64,000 nucleotides of DNA, taken from a virus (Duplodnaviria > Caudoviricetes). The stretch covers positions 20,959 through 84,958 of the IMG/VR virus record IMGVR_UViG_2847060657_000007; one strand, given 5' to 3'. Numbering within the stretch: position 1 is the stretch's first letter; each line of letters begins with the position of its first letter. The translations under genes and the position numbers were made by a program. Shown here piece by piece: positions 20,177-31,014 of this stretch. The notes under the pieces are model-generated. The model was given only the letters and a program-made list of their open reading frames with translations. It made no database searches and was not told the DNA's origin.

Positions 20177-21973
20177 ATGTTGCAAAAAGAATATAAAACC
20201 ACCACCGCCAGCACAGCGACAGATGCTCCGACTTGCAAGGTGGTCATCTCTGGTGTCCCTCGAAAATTTTTGGTACATTTTCGCAAACCTCTTGTTGATG
20301 ACCCTTGGGGTTCTGTGAGCGAGCAAGTGCAAAACTTTGGTTTTGACTGGCTTCGAGATGAGTACATCCATGACATCGTCTCTGTCCTAGAAAATAACAA
20401 TGAGCCCACACGCTTATACAGGGGCGATATTGACAAACTTAAAAAAGAATATACCCATCTTTGGTTTGATGACCCACAGCCTGTCGAGGTTTTAAGTAGG
20501 ATTAAGACCTGCGGTGTCGATGAATATATCCCATCATGGCTGGCAGTATTTGCTGAGAAGCATAAGCCCGAAGGCGTAACACACACCCATGCTAAACTCC
20601 ATCTACAGATAGACCAAGAGGCAGTAGACATGGATAGACCACTTGCCAAAGATGGCACGGTACTGATATTTACCCCCAGTGATGATGGTGTTGAGATTTA
20701 TTTTAGAGACAAGTCTAGAGACAAGAACATTCTAAAGGTGCCACTGGAGATATTTTTGGAAAAAGGTCAACTCACCCGTCCTTTGGGCAAAGACACCTCC
20801 ATTAAATACTATGCCGACCCAACCAAACAGCTTACCATCAAGGTCAAAACCCCCAGTGATAAGGTTCGCCATATCTTGGTAACCGCCAAACATAATAATC
20901 ACAGCCGAGATGTTGGTGTTCTACTCATCTATCCCAATCATGAGATACCCGCCGCACACATTCAAGTAGTGCAATTTGCCATGATACCAAACAGCTACGC
21001 CATGCCAGAGCTTAGATATCAGGATAGACTAAGATCAGAAGCCTTTGGTCAGGCACTTATCAATCTAACCTTTGAGAGTAAGGTTTTTAACATGAGGCTT
21101 CATGAAAAAATACACACACGCCACCATCAAAGAGAGATAGAAGAGTTTTTAAAAAAATACGAATGTAGAAAAACCAGAACAAATAGCTACCCAAATCTGT
21201 TGGCTTTTAATAACACTCCTATAGATCGGCAAAATAGGTCAAATTTTGACTTGGATGTTCGGCAGTTATTTGAGCAACTGTATCCCAATACAGCACTACA
21301 AAGCAGTGCCATCTATGGCCACTGGACGGAGAGCAATCAAAATAAAACTACCCATCTCATATTTACCGATGTCAAGCCTGTTACCATGAATGTGGCAGTA
21401 CCAACCTGCGAACCTGACGAGACAGGAAAAATACCTTCCACAGAGTATATTCATTCAGATAGCAGTGTTACTGGTGCCATTGGCGGTGTTGTAACACCAC
21501 GCCCCTTTACAGAAGATGAAATCTCTTGTGGTTGTTTTGCAGGTATTCCTAACGACAAGTTATTAAACCAAGCCGATTATGTCAGTGGCAATACCGCCAT
21601 CATCTATGCTGTCGCACAAAATGATATTTATGCGATATTTCACGAGCTTGGACACAGCTTTGGTCTGCCTCATACTTTTGACAAGCCACCAGAATTAGAT
21701 AAACTCAAAGCCAGCAAAGGACATCTAGACGAGAGCCACGCCAAAGCCATCCTAAACCACTTTCCCACATATCAGTTTTATCAAGGATATACAGATAATG
21801 TGATGGATTATGAGGGGAGAATACCGTCATCTAAAACTCAACGAGATAAAGAAGCACCAGAGTATCCAACAGTCAATGAATATTCAGGTAAAATGAATTC
21901 TCTGTTTAAGTGGCAATGGAATATCCTCCGTGCTGACAGAAGCCTAACCATTCCCAAGAATAAGGAGTTATGA
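20177..21973 (+). CDS. Putative T6SS zinc metallopeptidase effector
   Basis: HELGHSFGLPH zinc motif plus NVMDY Met-turn; N-terminal VHFR...GFDWLRDEYI domain shared with the PAAR protein. Confidence 0.75.
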   Translation: MLQKEYKTTTASTATDAPTCKVVISGVPRKFLVHFRKPLVDDPWGSVSEQVQNFGFDWLRDEYIHDIVSVLENNNEPTRLYRGDIDKLKKEYTHLWFDDPQPVEVLSRIKTCGVDEYIPSWLAVFAEKHKPEGVTHTHAKLHLQIDQEAVDMDRPLAKDGTVLIFTPSDDGVEIYFRDKSRDKNILKVPLEIFLEKGQLTRPLGKDTSIKYYADPTKQLTIKVKTPSDKVRHILVTAKHNNHSRDVGVLLIYPNHEIPAAHIQVVQFAMIPNSYAMPELRYQDRLRSEAFGQALINLTFESKVFNMRLHEKIHTRHHQREIEEFLKKYECRKTRTNSYPNLLAFNNTPIDRQNRSNFDLDVRQLFEQLYPNTALQSSAIYGHWTESNQNKTTHLIFTDVKPVTMNVAVPTCEPDETGKIPSTEYIHSDSSVTGAIGGVVTPRPFTEDEISCGCFAGIPNDKLLNQADYVSGNTAIIYAVAQNDIYAIFHELGHSFGLPHTFDKPPELDKLKASKGHLDESHAKAILNHFPTYQFYQGYTDNVMDYEGRIPSSKTQRDKEAPEYPTVNEYSGKMNSLFKWQWNILRADRSLTIPKNKEL

Positions 21974-22623
21974 TGAAATACTTTATCGCCACGCTATTTG
22001 CTCTTATCCATACAACTGCCTTTTCGGCACCACCTTATGAGTCAGCAGATTATTATAGCGAAAAACATTGCACTCCTAAGCATACATTTGAATATGACTA
22101 TATACCGCCTCCACCTGTATACATAGGCATACCCCATGACAGAAAAGTTAAACTGATGTCTTTTGATGAATTCTTGACCCGTTTTGAAGTATCTTTGGAT
22201 AAACATACAGATGAGCTGAGTCGTTGGGTTGTAAAAGAAAATAAAGCTCACATCATGCAGTTTAACGAATTAAACAGCTATCTTTATATCGGTAGAAGCC
22301 ATGGCATGGTTCACTATTTACAATATTACATGCGTCATGAAACAGAAAAAGATAAGAAAAGAACGCATACTTTATCCGACGATGACAAAATGGCAATGAT
22401 AGAAACCATTAATTTGGTTGTTCAAGACCATCAAAAATCCCAAGAAATATTAGACGAACTCTATAAAAGATATTTAGGGCGATTAGAGCTTGTTGTCGAT
22501 GGATATATCTCTGTTTTTTTAGAGCATGATGGGAAGTATTTTTCTTTAAGGGGTATTAACACTCATTATCATCCTATAAAAAGATGTAATTTTAAAGTAG
22601 TGTATGCCTTATCTATTCTTTAA
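21970..22623 (+). CDS. Immunity paralogue 1 (signal peptide)
   Basis: MKYFIATLFALIHTTAFSAPPY leader; overlaps the effector stop. Confidence 0.75.
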   Translation: MMKYFIATLFALIHTTAFSAPPYESADYYSEKHCTPKHTFEYDYIPPPPVYIGIPHDRKVKLMSFDEFLTRFEVSLDKHTDELSRWVVKENKAHIMQFNELNSYLYIGRSHGMVHYLQYYMRHETEKDKKRTHTLSDDDKMAMIETINLVVQDHQKSQEILDELYKRYLGRLELVVDGYISVFLEHDGKYFSLRGINTHYHPIKRCNFKVVYALSIL

Positions 22624-22683
22624 ATGGCAATGGAATATCCTCCGTGCTGACAGAAGCCTAACCATCCCCAAGAATAAGGAGTT

Positions 22684-23325
22684 ATGATGAAATACTTTAT
22701 CGCCACTTTATTTGCCTTTATCCATACAACTGCTTTTTCAGCACCGCCTTATGAGTCAGCGGATTACTATAGTGAGACGCATTGTGTGCCAAAATGGCAA
22801 GTGCGGCATAATTATATACCTCCAACTCCGTATATCGGCATACCTGACGATAGGGAGGCTGAACTGATGTCTTTTAGTGAGTTTTTATCTCGCTTTAATG
22901 TGTCTTTAGATAAACATACAGATGAGCTAAGTCGTTGGGTTGTAAAAGAAGGTATTAGTCATATTATGCATTTTAAGGAATTAAATAGTTATCTTAGTAT
23001 TGATAGAAATAATGAAGTGGTTTACCGTTTAACATATCTCTCGTCAGATGATGAAAATACCAAAAAACACAATTTAACCAATCATGACAAAATGGCAATG
23101 ATAGAAACCATTAATTTGGTTGTTCAAGACCATCAAAAATCCCAAGAAATATTAGACGAACTGTATAAAAGATATTTAGGTCAGTTAGAGCTTGTTGTTG
23201 ATGGAGAGATTATAGCTTTTCTCGAATATAATGGTAATTATTTTTATTTAAGAGGCGTCAATACCCATTATCATCCCATAGAAAGATGTAACTTTCAAGA
23301 AATATATGCCTTAACCATTCTTTAA
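22684..23325 (+). CDS. Immunity paralogue 2
   Basis: Same leader and QDHQKSQEILDELYKRYLG motif. Confidence 0.75.
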   Translation: MMKYFIATLFAFIHTTAFSAPPYESADYYSETHCVPKWQVRHNYIPPTPYIGIPDDREAELMSFSEFLSRFNVSLDKHTDELSRWVVKEGISHIMHFKELNSYLSIDRNNEVVYRLTYLSSDDENTKKHNLTNHDKMAMIETINLVVQDHQKSQEILDELYKRYLGQLELVVDGEIIAFLEYNGNYFYLRGVNTHYHPIERCNFQEIYALTIL

Positions 23326-23389
23326 ATGGCAATGGAATATCCTCCGTGCCGACAGAAGCCTAACCATCCCCAAAGAATAAGGAGTCATC

Positions 23390-24022
23390 ATGAAATACTT
23401 TATCGCCACTTTATTTGTCTTTATCCATACAACCGCTTTTTCAGCACCGCCTTATCAGTCCGCCGAACATTATCATGCTGGAACTTGTGATTTTTATAGC
23501 ACGCTCATTTTTCCGCGGACACCGCCTTATATTGGTATACCCCTTGATAGAAATGTAAATCTTATTCCTTATCAAGAATTTATGGAGCGTCTAGAACCTG
23601 TTTTAGGTCAATATATAGACCCAAGAAGCCGTTGGGCTGAGAGTGAGGGTTTGCAACAATTTTTGGCTTTAAAGGATTTTGGTAGTGAATTGTATCTTTT
23701 TAAGAAAAACAAAAATATTTATAAAATCAGCTATATTACATCAAATACTATAGATATTGAAAATCAAAATCTGAGCAATTCTGACAAAATGATGATTTTG
23801 GATACAATTAATATTTTTGTTCAAGACCACCAAAAATCCCAAGAAATATTAGACGAACTCTATAAAAGATATTTGGGACAGTTAGAGCTTGTTGTTGATG
23901 GATATATCTCTGTTTTTTTAGAGCATGATGGGAAGTATTTTTCTATGAAAGGTTATAATATAAATTACCATCCGATAGAAAGATGTAACTATAAAATTAT
24001 TCACTCAATTAGTATCGAATGA
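23390..24022 (+). CDS. Immunity paralogue 3
   Basis: Same leader and motif; divergent central region. Confidence 0.75.
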   Translation: MKYFIATLFVFIHTTAFSAPPYQSAEHYHAGTCDFYSTLIFPRTPPYIGIPLDRNVNLIPYQEFMERLEPVLGQYIDPRSRWAESEGLQQFLALKDFGSELYLFKKNKNIYKISYITSNTIDIENQNLSNSDKMMILDTINIFVQDHQKSQEILDELYKRYLGQLELVVDGYISVFLEHDGKYFSMKGYNINYHPIERCNYKIIHSISIE

Positions 24023-24103
24023 ATGTACATTAATGTTTTAAATTCTGCTCTATTTTTTTGCACCAACAGAAGCCTCACCATCCCCAAAGAATAAGGAATC
24101 ATC

Positions 24104-24751
24104 ATGAAATACTTTATCGCCACGCTATTTGCTCTTATCCATACAACTGCTTTTTCAGCACCGCCTTATGAGTCAGCAGATTACTATAGTGAGACGCATT
24201 GTGTGCCAGAATGGCAAGTGAGATATAATTATTTCTCTCCACCTGTATACACGGGCATACCTCATGACAGAAAAGTTAAACTGATGTCTTTTGATGAATT
24301 CTTGACCCGTTTTGAAGTATCTTTGGATAAACATACAGACGATCTAAGTCGTTGGGTTGTAAAAGAAGGTAAAGATCACATCATGCAGTTTAACGAATTA
24401 AACAGCTATCTTTATATCGGTAGAAGTCATGGCATGGTTCACTATTTACAATATTATATGCGTCATGGAACAGAAAAAGATAAGAAAAGAACGCATACTT
24501 TATCCGACGATGACAAAATGGCAATGATAGAAACCATTAATTTGGTTGTTCAAGACCATCAAAAATCCCAAGAAATATTGGACGAACTGTATAAAAGATA
24601 TTTAGGACAGTTAGAGCTTGTTGTCGATGGGTATATCTCTGTTTTTTTAGAGCATGATGGGAAGTATTTTTCTTTAATAGGTGTTAATACTCATTATCAT
24701 CCTATAAAAAGATGTAATTTTAAAGTAGTGTATGCCTTATCTATTCTTTAA
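24104..24751 (+). CDS. Immunity paralogue 4
   Basis: Mosaic: start resembles paralogue 2, remainder nearly identical to paralogue 1. Confidence 0.75.
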   Translation: MKYFIATLFALIHTTAFSAPPYESADYYSETHCVPEWQVRYNYFSPPVYTGIPHDRKVKLMSFDEFLTRFEVSLDKHTDDLSRWVVKEGKDHIMQFNELNSYLYIGRSHGMVHYLQYYMRHGTEKDKKRTHTLSDDDKMAMIETINLVVQDHQKSQEILDELYKRYLGQLELVVDGYISVFLEHDGKYFSLIGVNTHYHPIKRCNFKVVYALSIL

Positions 24752-24900
24752 ATGGCAATGGCACATCCTCCGTACTGGCAGAAGTTCAATGACACCAAAC
24801 ATCCATCATTTGCTTCCACCACAATTATGATTTGGTTGTGGACTTTTGGTGAGATATTTTGTTATGATATTGCTTTTAAGCCACCAAACAAGGAACCGAT

Positions 24901-27552
24901 ATGTCTCAAATCAACCGCTCTGCTTTATTTGCCAAACTAAATACATCACTATATAAGAGCCTTGAAAGTGCTTTTATGTTTGCCAAGTTGCGTGAAAATA
25001 GGTATGTTGAACTCTCCCATTGGATATATCAAATATTACAAATGGACGATACGGATTTACGATTCATAGAGGGTCATTTTGAACTAAATCACGACTATCT
25101 AATAAGCGACATTGCAAACCACTTAAAAACCCTAAAAACAGGCTATGAACAGGTCAGTGACTTCTCTGATGACGTCATGACACTCATTGAAGAGTCATGG
25201 CTGTACGTCTCCATAAACTTTAATCAAACACGCATCACCACAGGTCATCTTATTTACACACTGTTAGAATCCAACCAGTTTAAACACCAACTTCTTAGAA
25301 TCAGTTCCGAATTTGGCAAAATCAATACTCAAAAGCTGTATGACGACTACAACCAAATATGCCAACATTCCATTGAAAAACCCACAGCTCAGGAAGTCTC
25401 CTTGTCACCCAGTGACCCAACGGGGCAATCTGCCTTGGCACGTTTTGGCACCAATCTTACCGAGCAGGCACGACAAGAGAAGTTAGACCCCGTTACAGGC
25501 AGGGATAACGAAATCCGCCAAATGGTGGATATACTCTCTCGCAAAAAGCAGAACAACCCATTATTGACTGGTGAGGCTGGTGTAGGAAAGACTGCTGTCG
25601 TTGAAGGTCTTGCTCTAAAAATTGCTCAAGGCGATGTGCCAAACCACCTAAGAGAAGTTGAAATCATCTTACTTGATATCGGTGCACTCAAGGCAGGAGC
25701 AAGTGTCTCTGGTGAGTTTGAAAATCGCCTAAAAGCAGTTATCAAAGAAGTCCACCAAAGTCCCAAGCCTATCATCTTGTTCATTGATGAGATTCATACA
25801 TTAGTGGGTGCTGGCGGTGCTGCAGGTACAGGCGATGCCGCCAATCTTTTAAAACCCGCTTTGGCAAGAGGCGAGCTTCGCACCATTGGTGCAACCACAT
25901 GGTCAGAATACAAAAAATATTTTGAAAAAGACCCCGCACTTACCCGAAGATTTCAAGTCATTCAAGTGCCAGAACCCAACCAAAAAGTGGCAACTGATAT
26001 GCTAAGGGGCTTGGTGGACAGACTAGAATCCCATCATCAGGTACTCATCTTAGAAGATGCCGTGCAAACTGCTGTCAAATTCTCAGCTCGCTATATTCCT
26101 GCACGACAATTGCCAGACAAAGCTATTAGCATTCTTGATACCGCTTGTGCTAGGGTTGCCGTCAGCTTAAACAGCACCCCCCTGTCTATCACCACCAAAG
26201 AAGAAAGCATAAAATCCATCGAACAGCAGATTCACCAGCTTCAAAAACAACAAGAATCAGGCTACCTAACCGATGGCGATGTCATTGCACAAAAACAGCA
26301 ACAAATCCAAGCCATACAGTCAGAGTTGGATGTTATCAATGCACAATATCAAGACCAAAAACAACTTGTCGAGGCACTTCATGCAATCAGAGCATCCATA
26401 ACCTCATCGGATGATGATAAACCAGAAGAAATAAAAGCCCTCAAGGCAGAGCAACAAGCACTTATCACAAAACTTCAGACCATACAAAAACAAGAGACAT
26501 TGGTTCATCCTGTGGTAGATTCTCATCTCATCGCTCAAATCATTGCTGAATGGACAGGCATTCCCATTGGAAAAATGATGGATGATGAAGTGCAAAAAAT
26601 CCTTCATTTATCAGAAACGCTCAACCAACGAATCATCGGTCAGCCTCATGCAACTGATATGATAGCCAAACGCATACAGACCGCCAGAGCCAATCTAGAC
26701 AACCCCAACAAACCGATTGGCGTCTTTATGCTAACAGGACCCTCTGGCGTGGGCAAAACCGAAACCGCCCTCGCACTGGCAGACATCATGTATGGCGGTG
26801 AACAAAACCTCATTACCATCAACATGAGTGAATACCAAGAACCTCATACCGTCTCCACGCTTAAAGGTGCCCCTCCAGGATATGTCGGCTATGGTGAAGG
26901 TGGCGTACTGACTGAAGCCGTTCGCAGACGTCCTTATAGTGTTGTCCTGCTAGATGAGATAGAAAAGGCTCATCCCGATGTTTATGAGATTTTCTTTCAG
27001 GTCTTTGATAAAGGATTTATGGAAGATGGCGAGGGTCGCTATATTGACTTCAAAAACACCATCATCATCCTAACCACCAATGTCGGCTCAGAGCTTACCC
27101 TAACTTTATGTCAAGACGAGCTTCTAAAACCCGATATAGAAGGACTGGCTACGGCATTAAGAGAGCCTCTATTGCAGACTTTTCCGGCGGCACTTTTGGG
27201 TAGAATCCAAAACATTCCCTACTACCCACTCAATCACGAGATGATGTCACACATCATCACCCTGCAACTAAACAAAGTCATCAAACGCATGCAGGATAAT
27301 CATAACATCACATTAAGCCATGATGATGCCGTCATCACCCTCATCGCCAACCGCTGTCAAGAAATAGAGTCAGGCGGTCGTATGATTGATGCCATCATCA
27401 CCAATCACATCCTGCCCATGATAAGTCATGAGATACTTTTATCTATCGGCAATCCTAGTCCCATAAGAAACATGACATTGACCGTTGTTGATAATGAATT
27501 TAAACTTACCATTGATAGACACACTCAACATGAAGACATCCCATGCCCCTAA
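24901..27552 (+). CDS. tssH: T6SS AAA+ ATPase ClpV/TssH
   Basis: [15 protein letters not shown]-terminus, two Walker A motifs ([16 protein letters not shown]), FPAALLGR. Confidence 0.95.
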   Translation: MSQINRSALFAKLNTSLYKSLESAFMFAKLRENRYVELSHWIYQILQMDDTDLRFIEGHFELNHDYLISDIANHLKTLKTGYEQVSDFSDDVMTLIEESWLYVSINFNQTRITTGHLIYTLLESNQFKHQLLRISSEFGKINTQKLYDDYNQICQHSIEKPTAQEVSLSPSDPTGQSALARFGTNLTEQARQEKLDPVTGRDNEIRQMVDILSRKKQNNPLLTGEAGVGKTAVVEGLALKIAQGDVPNHLREVEIILLDIGALKAGASVSGEFENRLKAVIKEVHQSPKPIILFIDEIHTLVGAGGAAGTGDAANLLKPALARGELRTIGATTWSEYKKYFEKDPALTRRFQVIQVPEPNQKVATDMLRGLVDRLESHHQVLILEDAVQTAVKFSARYIPARQLPDKAISILDTACARVAVSLNSTPLSITTKEESIKSIEQQIHQLQKQQESGYLTDGDVIAQKQQQIQAIQSELDVINAQYQDQKQLVEALHAIRASITSSDDDKPEEIKALKAEQQALITKLQTIQKQETLVHPVVDSHLIAQIIAEWTGIPIGKMMDDEVQKILHLSETLNQRIIGQPHATDMIAKRIQTARANLDNPNKPIGVFMLTGPSGVGKTETALALADIMYGGEQNLITINMSEYQEPHTVSTLKGAPPGYVGYGEGGVLTEAVRRRPYSVVLLDEIEKAHPDVYEIFFQVFDKGFMEDGEGRYIDFKNTIIILTTNVGSELTLTLCQDELLKPDIEGLATALREPLLQTFPAALLGRIQNIPYYPLNHEMMSHIITLQLNKVIKRMQDNHNITLSHDDAVITLIANRCQEIESGGRMIDAIITNHILPMISHEILLSIGNPSPIRNMTLTVVDNEFKLTIDRHTQHEDIPCP

Positions 27553-28395
27553 CCCGTTACTACATCCTAGAAAACGACACCACCACAGCAGGCGGTATCG
27601 TCCAGACAACCACCAATCCCATTGTCTTTAATGTAGATGGCAAAAAGCAAAGCTGTATCGGCGATGATGTCTGGTGTTCTGCTTGTCAATCAATGGGCAA
27701 AATTGTACCAACAGGTCCAAGATTGTCTTTTTCTTTGGGTGGAGCAATGCCTGCTTTAAATGATGATTTGTGTCTATGCAAATGCACTCCACCACCAAAA
27801 CTTGTGCATTCACAGACAAGTTTTAAAGAGATTATTGATGATAATAGACTTGCCCAATATCGCCAAGCACAAGCACAGTATCGCCAAGCAAAATTACAAA
27901 ACAATCTAACCAGCACCAAGGCTAACGATAACTTGCCAAACTTTACCGTGCATTTTAGAAGACCTGATGATTATCAAGGGAGGTATGGGTTTGATTGGTT
28001 AAGAGATGAGTATATTTATCCTTTGGTTGAGGTTAATAGCAAAAAACAGCGATTATTTCAAGGGTTGGATATTAAAAACTTAATTGGCGAATATCGCAAA
28101 TTTAAAACGCAATCCATAAAAGAATTGGATAATATAGACAATCCAAACTATACCCCTACTTGGCTAACCCTATTTGCCCCGACCAATTCTGTTGGTGTTA
28201 GTCAAGTCTCATTAAAGTTGCGTATAGATTCAGATGAAACCAATCCGCAATCTTTAACCGATAATGGTATAGCCTTATCTTTTGAGTGTAGTCAAGGACT
28301 GCAGATAGCCACACCTACACTATCATTGGGTCAAGCTTTATCACAAATGACCAAACAACAAATCCATTTTGATGATACCATTCTTATTCAAGAAG
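27543..28395 (+). pseudogene. PAAR-domain effector truncated by IS30
   Basis: DTTTAGGIV...CSAC...PALNDDLCLCKCTPPP PAAR-like domain, then GRYGFDWLRDEYI; ORF stops inside the IS30 IR. Confidence 0.8.
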
Positions 28396-29464
28396 CTTGA
28401 ATTATCAAACCAACTGCAACACTTCATCAAAATAAACCTCATAAGGTGTTTTCCAGTTTAAACACTTTTTGGGTCTATGATTGGGTTCATTTACTTTACT
28501 GATAATATCGCTTTCATGCCACTTGCTTAAATCTTGATGCTTAGGGAAATATTCTCTAAGCAGTCCATTGGTATTTTCATTGCTTCCCCTATCCCAAGGG
28601 TGTCTTGGTGGGGGAAAGTAAAACTCTACATTTAACTGCTGACTGATTTTTTCATGATAAGCAAACTCTTTGCCTCTATCAGGGGTAATTGTATGGACTT
28701 TTACATCCTTTAATAAATCAATCATTGCAGTTTGTACATGTTCTGCCCTCTTGGCAGGTAATCTTCTGCACCACAGATAACGGCTTTTTCTATCTACTAA
28801 GGTGAGTAGACAATGACCACCAGAGATACCTAAGACAGTATCCACCTCTATGTCACCTGTCCGCTCTCTTAAATCAGCCATCTTTGGACGTTCTGATAAT
28901 TCATGACTGATCTTAATTTTACCACGCTTTTCATCATGAGTCTTAGCATGTCTTGTCTTACCTTTATGGCGTAGCTTACGACGTGCCAATCTGCCACCTT
29001 CATCAAACCATCCATGATAAATGGCTCGATAAATTGTATTGGCACTTATTTGGTGTTTTGTATTCTCAAGCCTAAGACGATTGCTGATTTGCTCTGGAGA
29101 CCACCTGTGACTCATAAACTTATCATGCACCAACTGATATAACTCTTTGTCATCTAATTTAAACTTAAGTTTGCATGCTTGACGTTTTTTATCATAGTTT
29201 ATCTGAGCCGTGTTAGCGCTATACGCTTGGTTTAACTTACAATTTCTTGATATTTCTCTTGAAATTGTTGAGCAAGAACGTCCTAACATGCTTGCGATTT
29301 TACTGGGCTTTATGCCTTGTGCAAGCATTAACATTATCTTTTCTCGTTCATTTATGCTAAGATGTTTGTAGGTGTTCATGGTTACTTTTTTATTTGTGTG
29401 GTAACAATATTATCAGTAATGATGAACATCTTTTCATTTGTTGCGGTTGGATTGTATGTTTAAG
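28396..29464 (-). mobile_element. IS30-family element, transposase apparently intact (28405-29379)
   Basis: IRs CTTGAATTATCAAACCAACTGCAACA / CTTAAACATACAATCCAACCGCAACA; HTH, ITPDRGKEF, RGSNENTNGLLREYFPK. Confidence 0.92.
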
Positions 29465-29467
29465 GGT

Positions 29468-29499
29468 TAATACTGTAAATAACGGGGGTTTATTTTACA
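29468..29499 (-). mobile_element. Isolated left end of the same IS481 element, inverted
   Basis: Reverse complement TGTAAAATAAACCCCCGTTATTTACAGTATTAA is identical to 18603 onward; cut off by IS30. Confidence 0.9.
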
Positions 29500-29884
29500 C
29501 ATAGTCTTCTAAATATTTTTGATAAAACTTATCAAACATCTGCTCAGATTTTTGTTTATCATCGGTAATGATGTTAAGTAAAGTGACAACCTTTTGGCGT
29601 TCCCCATCGTAAATATAGGGGGTATATTTTTCTAGGCTGTCCCGATATTGGACGGAAAAAAATAATATTCCATTCTAACAAGCCTATCGGAACAAGCATC
29701 AAATCCTTTGCTAGCCTTTTTTCATTATTTACCAAATCTTGTGCATGATATTTTTCAACACGCTCAAAAAAGCTTCTCTATTTTCAAACAATGCTCTGCC
29801 CTTATAACACTCTGGTGGGCCTGCAAATGCCACATTAAAACACAGTGCCATAAGTGGTATGATAAACAGTTTAAGATATCTCAT
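29500..29884 (-). pseudogene. Frameshifted, IS481-truncated immunity paralogue
   Basis: MRYLKLFIIPLMALCFNVAFAGPP; one extra base in the A6 run at 29766-29771 opens the frame through KVVTLLNIITDDKQKSEQMFDKFYQKYL. Confidence 0.7.
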
Positions 29885-29961
29885 TTGGCTACTCCGATGG
29901 ATTTGGTTAAATTGATGTCGTTGTGTATTTTAGTCCATTGCTATTTAAAGAGTGAGCATAA

Positions 29962-30558
29962 TCATCGCTCTGACCTCCTTCTAATATCAATCCAATAAAT
30001 TCCAGTATTGACATCTTTATCATGCCCCTGTAATCTACCGTGAAAATTAATAATAATATCGTCATAAATATATTGGGAGCCAATATAGCACCAATAGTCA
30101 TAACATTCTTGCTTGGTTTGACTTAAAAAATCACGATATAGTTTATAAAAAATAGCCTCAGCCTCTTTCTCGTTATCGGTAGCAATCTTAATTAAGGTAA
30201 TAACTCTGTCTTTTTCAAAATCAAATATTAGATGCTCCTCAGGGTCTTTATCATAAAACAATGAAAACTCCTGCGGAATACGACCGCCACTATTTACCAC
30301 CTTTGAGTGTTCAAAATATCCAAGAAAAAAGTATCGTAGCCCAACACTAAAAGGGATATCAGGTGACACATAATGCTCATCAAAATAATAATTTGAACCG
30401 CTTATTAAGCCATATTCAATAAAATTTTTATCATCATATTTTTCAATGCGTTCTACAAGCTCCAAATCAGTTAAAAATATAGGGAGATAACGACCAGCGT
30501 AACTTATTTGTGAATAAACACAAAACGCAAAAATACATAATAAATGGGTGAATTTCAT
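29962..30558 (-). CDS. Signal-peptide immunity protein, distant member of the same family
   Basis: MKFTHLLCIFAF leader; RVITLIKIATDNEKEAEAIFYKLY; follows the effector fragment. Confidence 0.65.
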   Translation of the reverse strand: MKFTHLLCIFAFCVYSQISYAGRYLPIFLTDLELVERIEKYDDKNFIEYGLISGSNYYFDEHYVSPDIPFSVGLRYFFLGYFEHSKVVNSGGRIPQEFSLFYDKDPEEHLIFDFEKDRVITLIKIATDNEKEAEAIFYKLYRDFLSQTKQECYDYWCYIGSQYIYDDIIINFHGRLQGHDKDVNTGIYWIDIRRRSER

Positions 30559-30562
30559 AAAG

Positions 30563-31014
30563 TTACTTCCATTCAAGGTTGTTGTCATTGTTCATAATAT
30601 CCCAATGATGTTTAAAAAGAGACCATTGAGTGCCTTTATGTAAATTACCATCGCCATTTTTGGTATGTTCATAGTCCATGATGCTGTCAGTATAACCTTG
30701 TGAGAAGATTAATCCTACCTCATCTTCAAAAGTATGCGATAACCCAAAACTATGCCCCAGTTCGTGAATGAGTGTATGAGTATCACTTTGATTAAATAGC
30801 ACACAGACATTTCCCCAATGATTGCATACTCTGTCTGTATGACAAGCGTTGTAACCATCGGTTACTTCATGCTTTTGAGCAATCCCTGCCAATTGACTAT
30901 CAAATCCAGCAATGGCATAATCACTAAATATAAGATGTGTATGTTTTTGATAATTTTTGCTATCAGCATATTCTTTTATTCCTGATAGTAATAATCTGTG
31001 CAACCCAACCAAGT
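30563..31014 (-). pseudogene. C-terminal fragment of a metallopeptidase effector
   Basis: THLIFSD...HELGHSFGLSHTF...QGYTDSIMDYE...SLFKHHW aligns with the 20177-21973 C-terminus; 5' end cut at an IS30 end. Confidence 0.75.

Larger units (their letters stand above)
21905..24785 (+). repeat. Repeated ~65-bp effector 3'-end segment before each immunity gene
   Basis: TGGCAATGGAATATCCTCCGTGCTGACAGAAGCCTAACCAT...AAGAATAAGGA at 21905-21975, 22619-22689, 23321-23392; partial at 24066-24106 and 24748-24785. Confidence 0.9.

Noticed and set aside
24901-27552. Complete T6SS structural cluster
   Set aside because: Only clpV, vgrG and PAAR are here; no tssBC, hcp, baseplate or membrane complex genes in the window.
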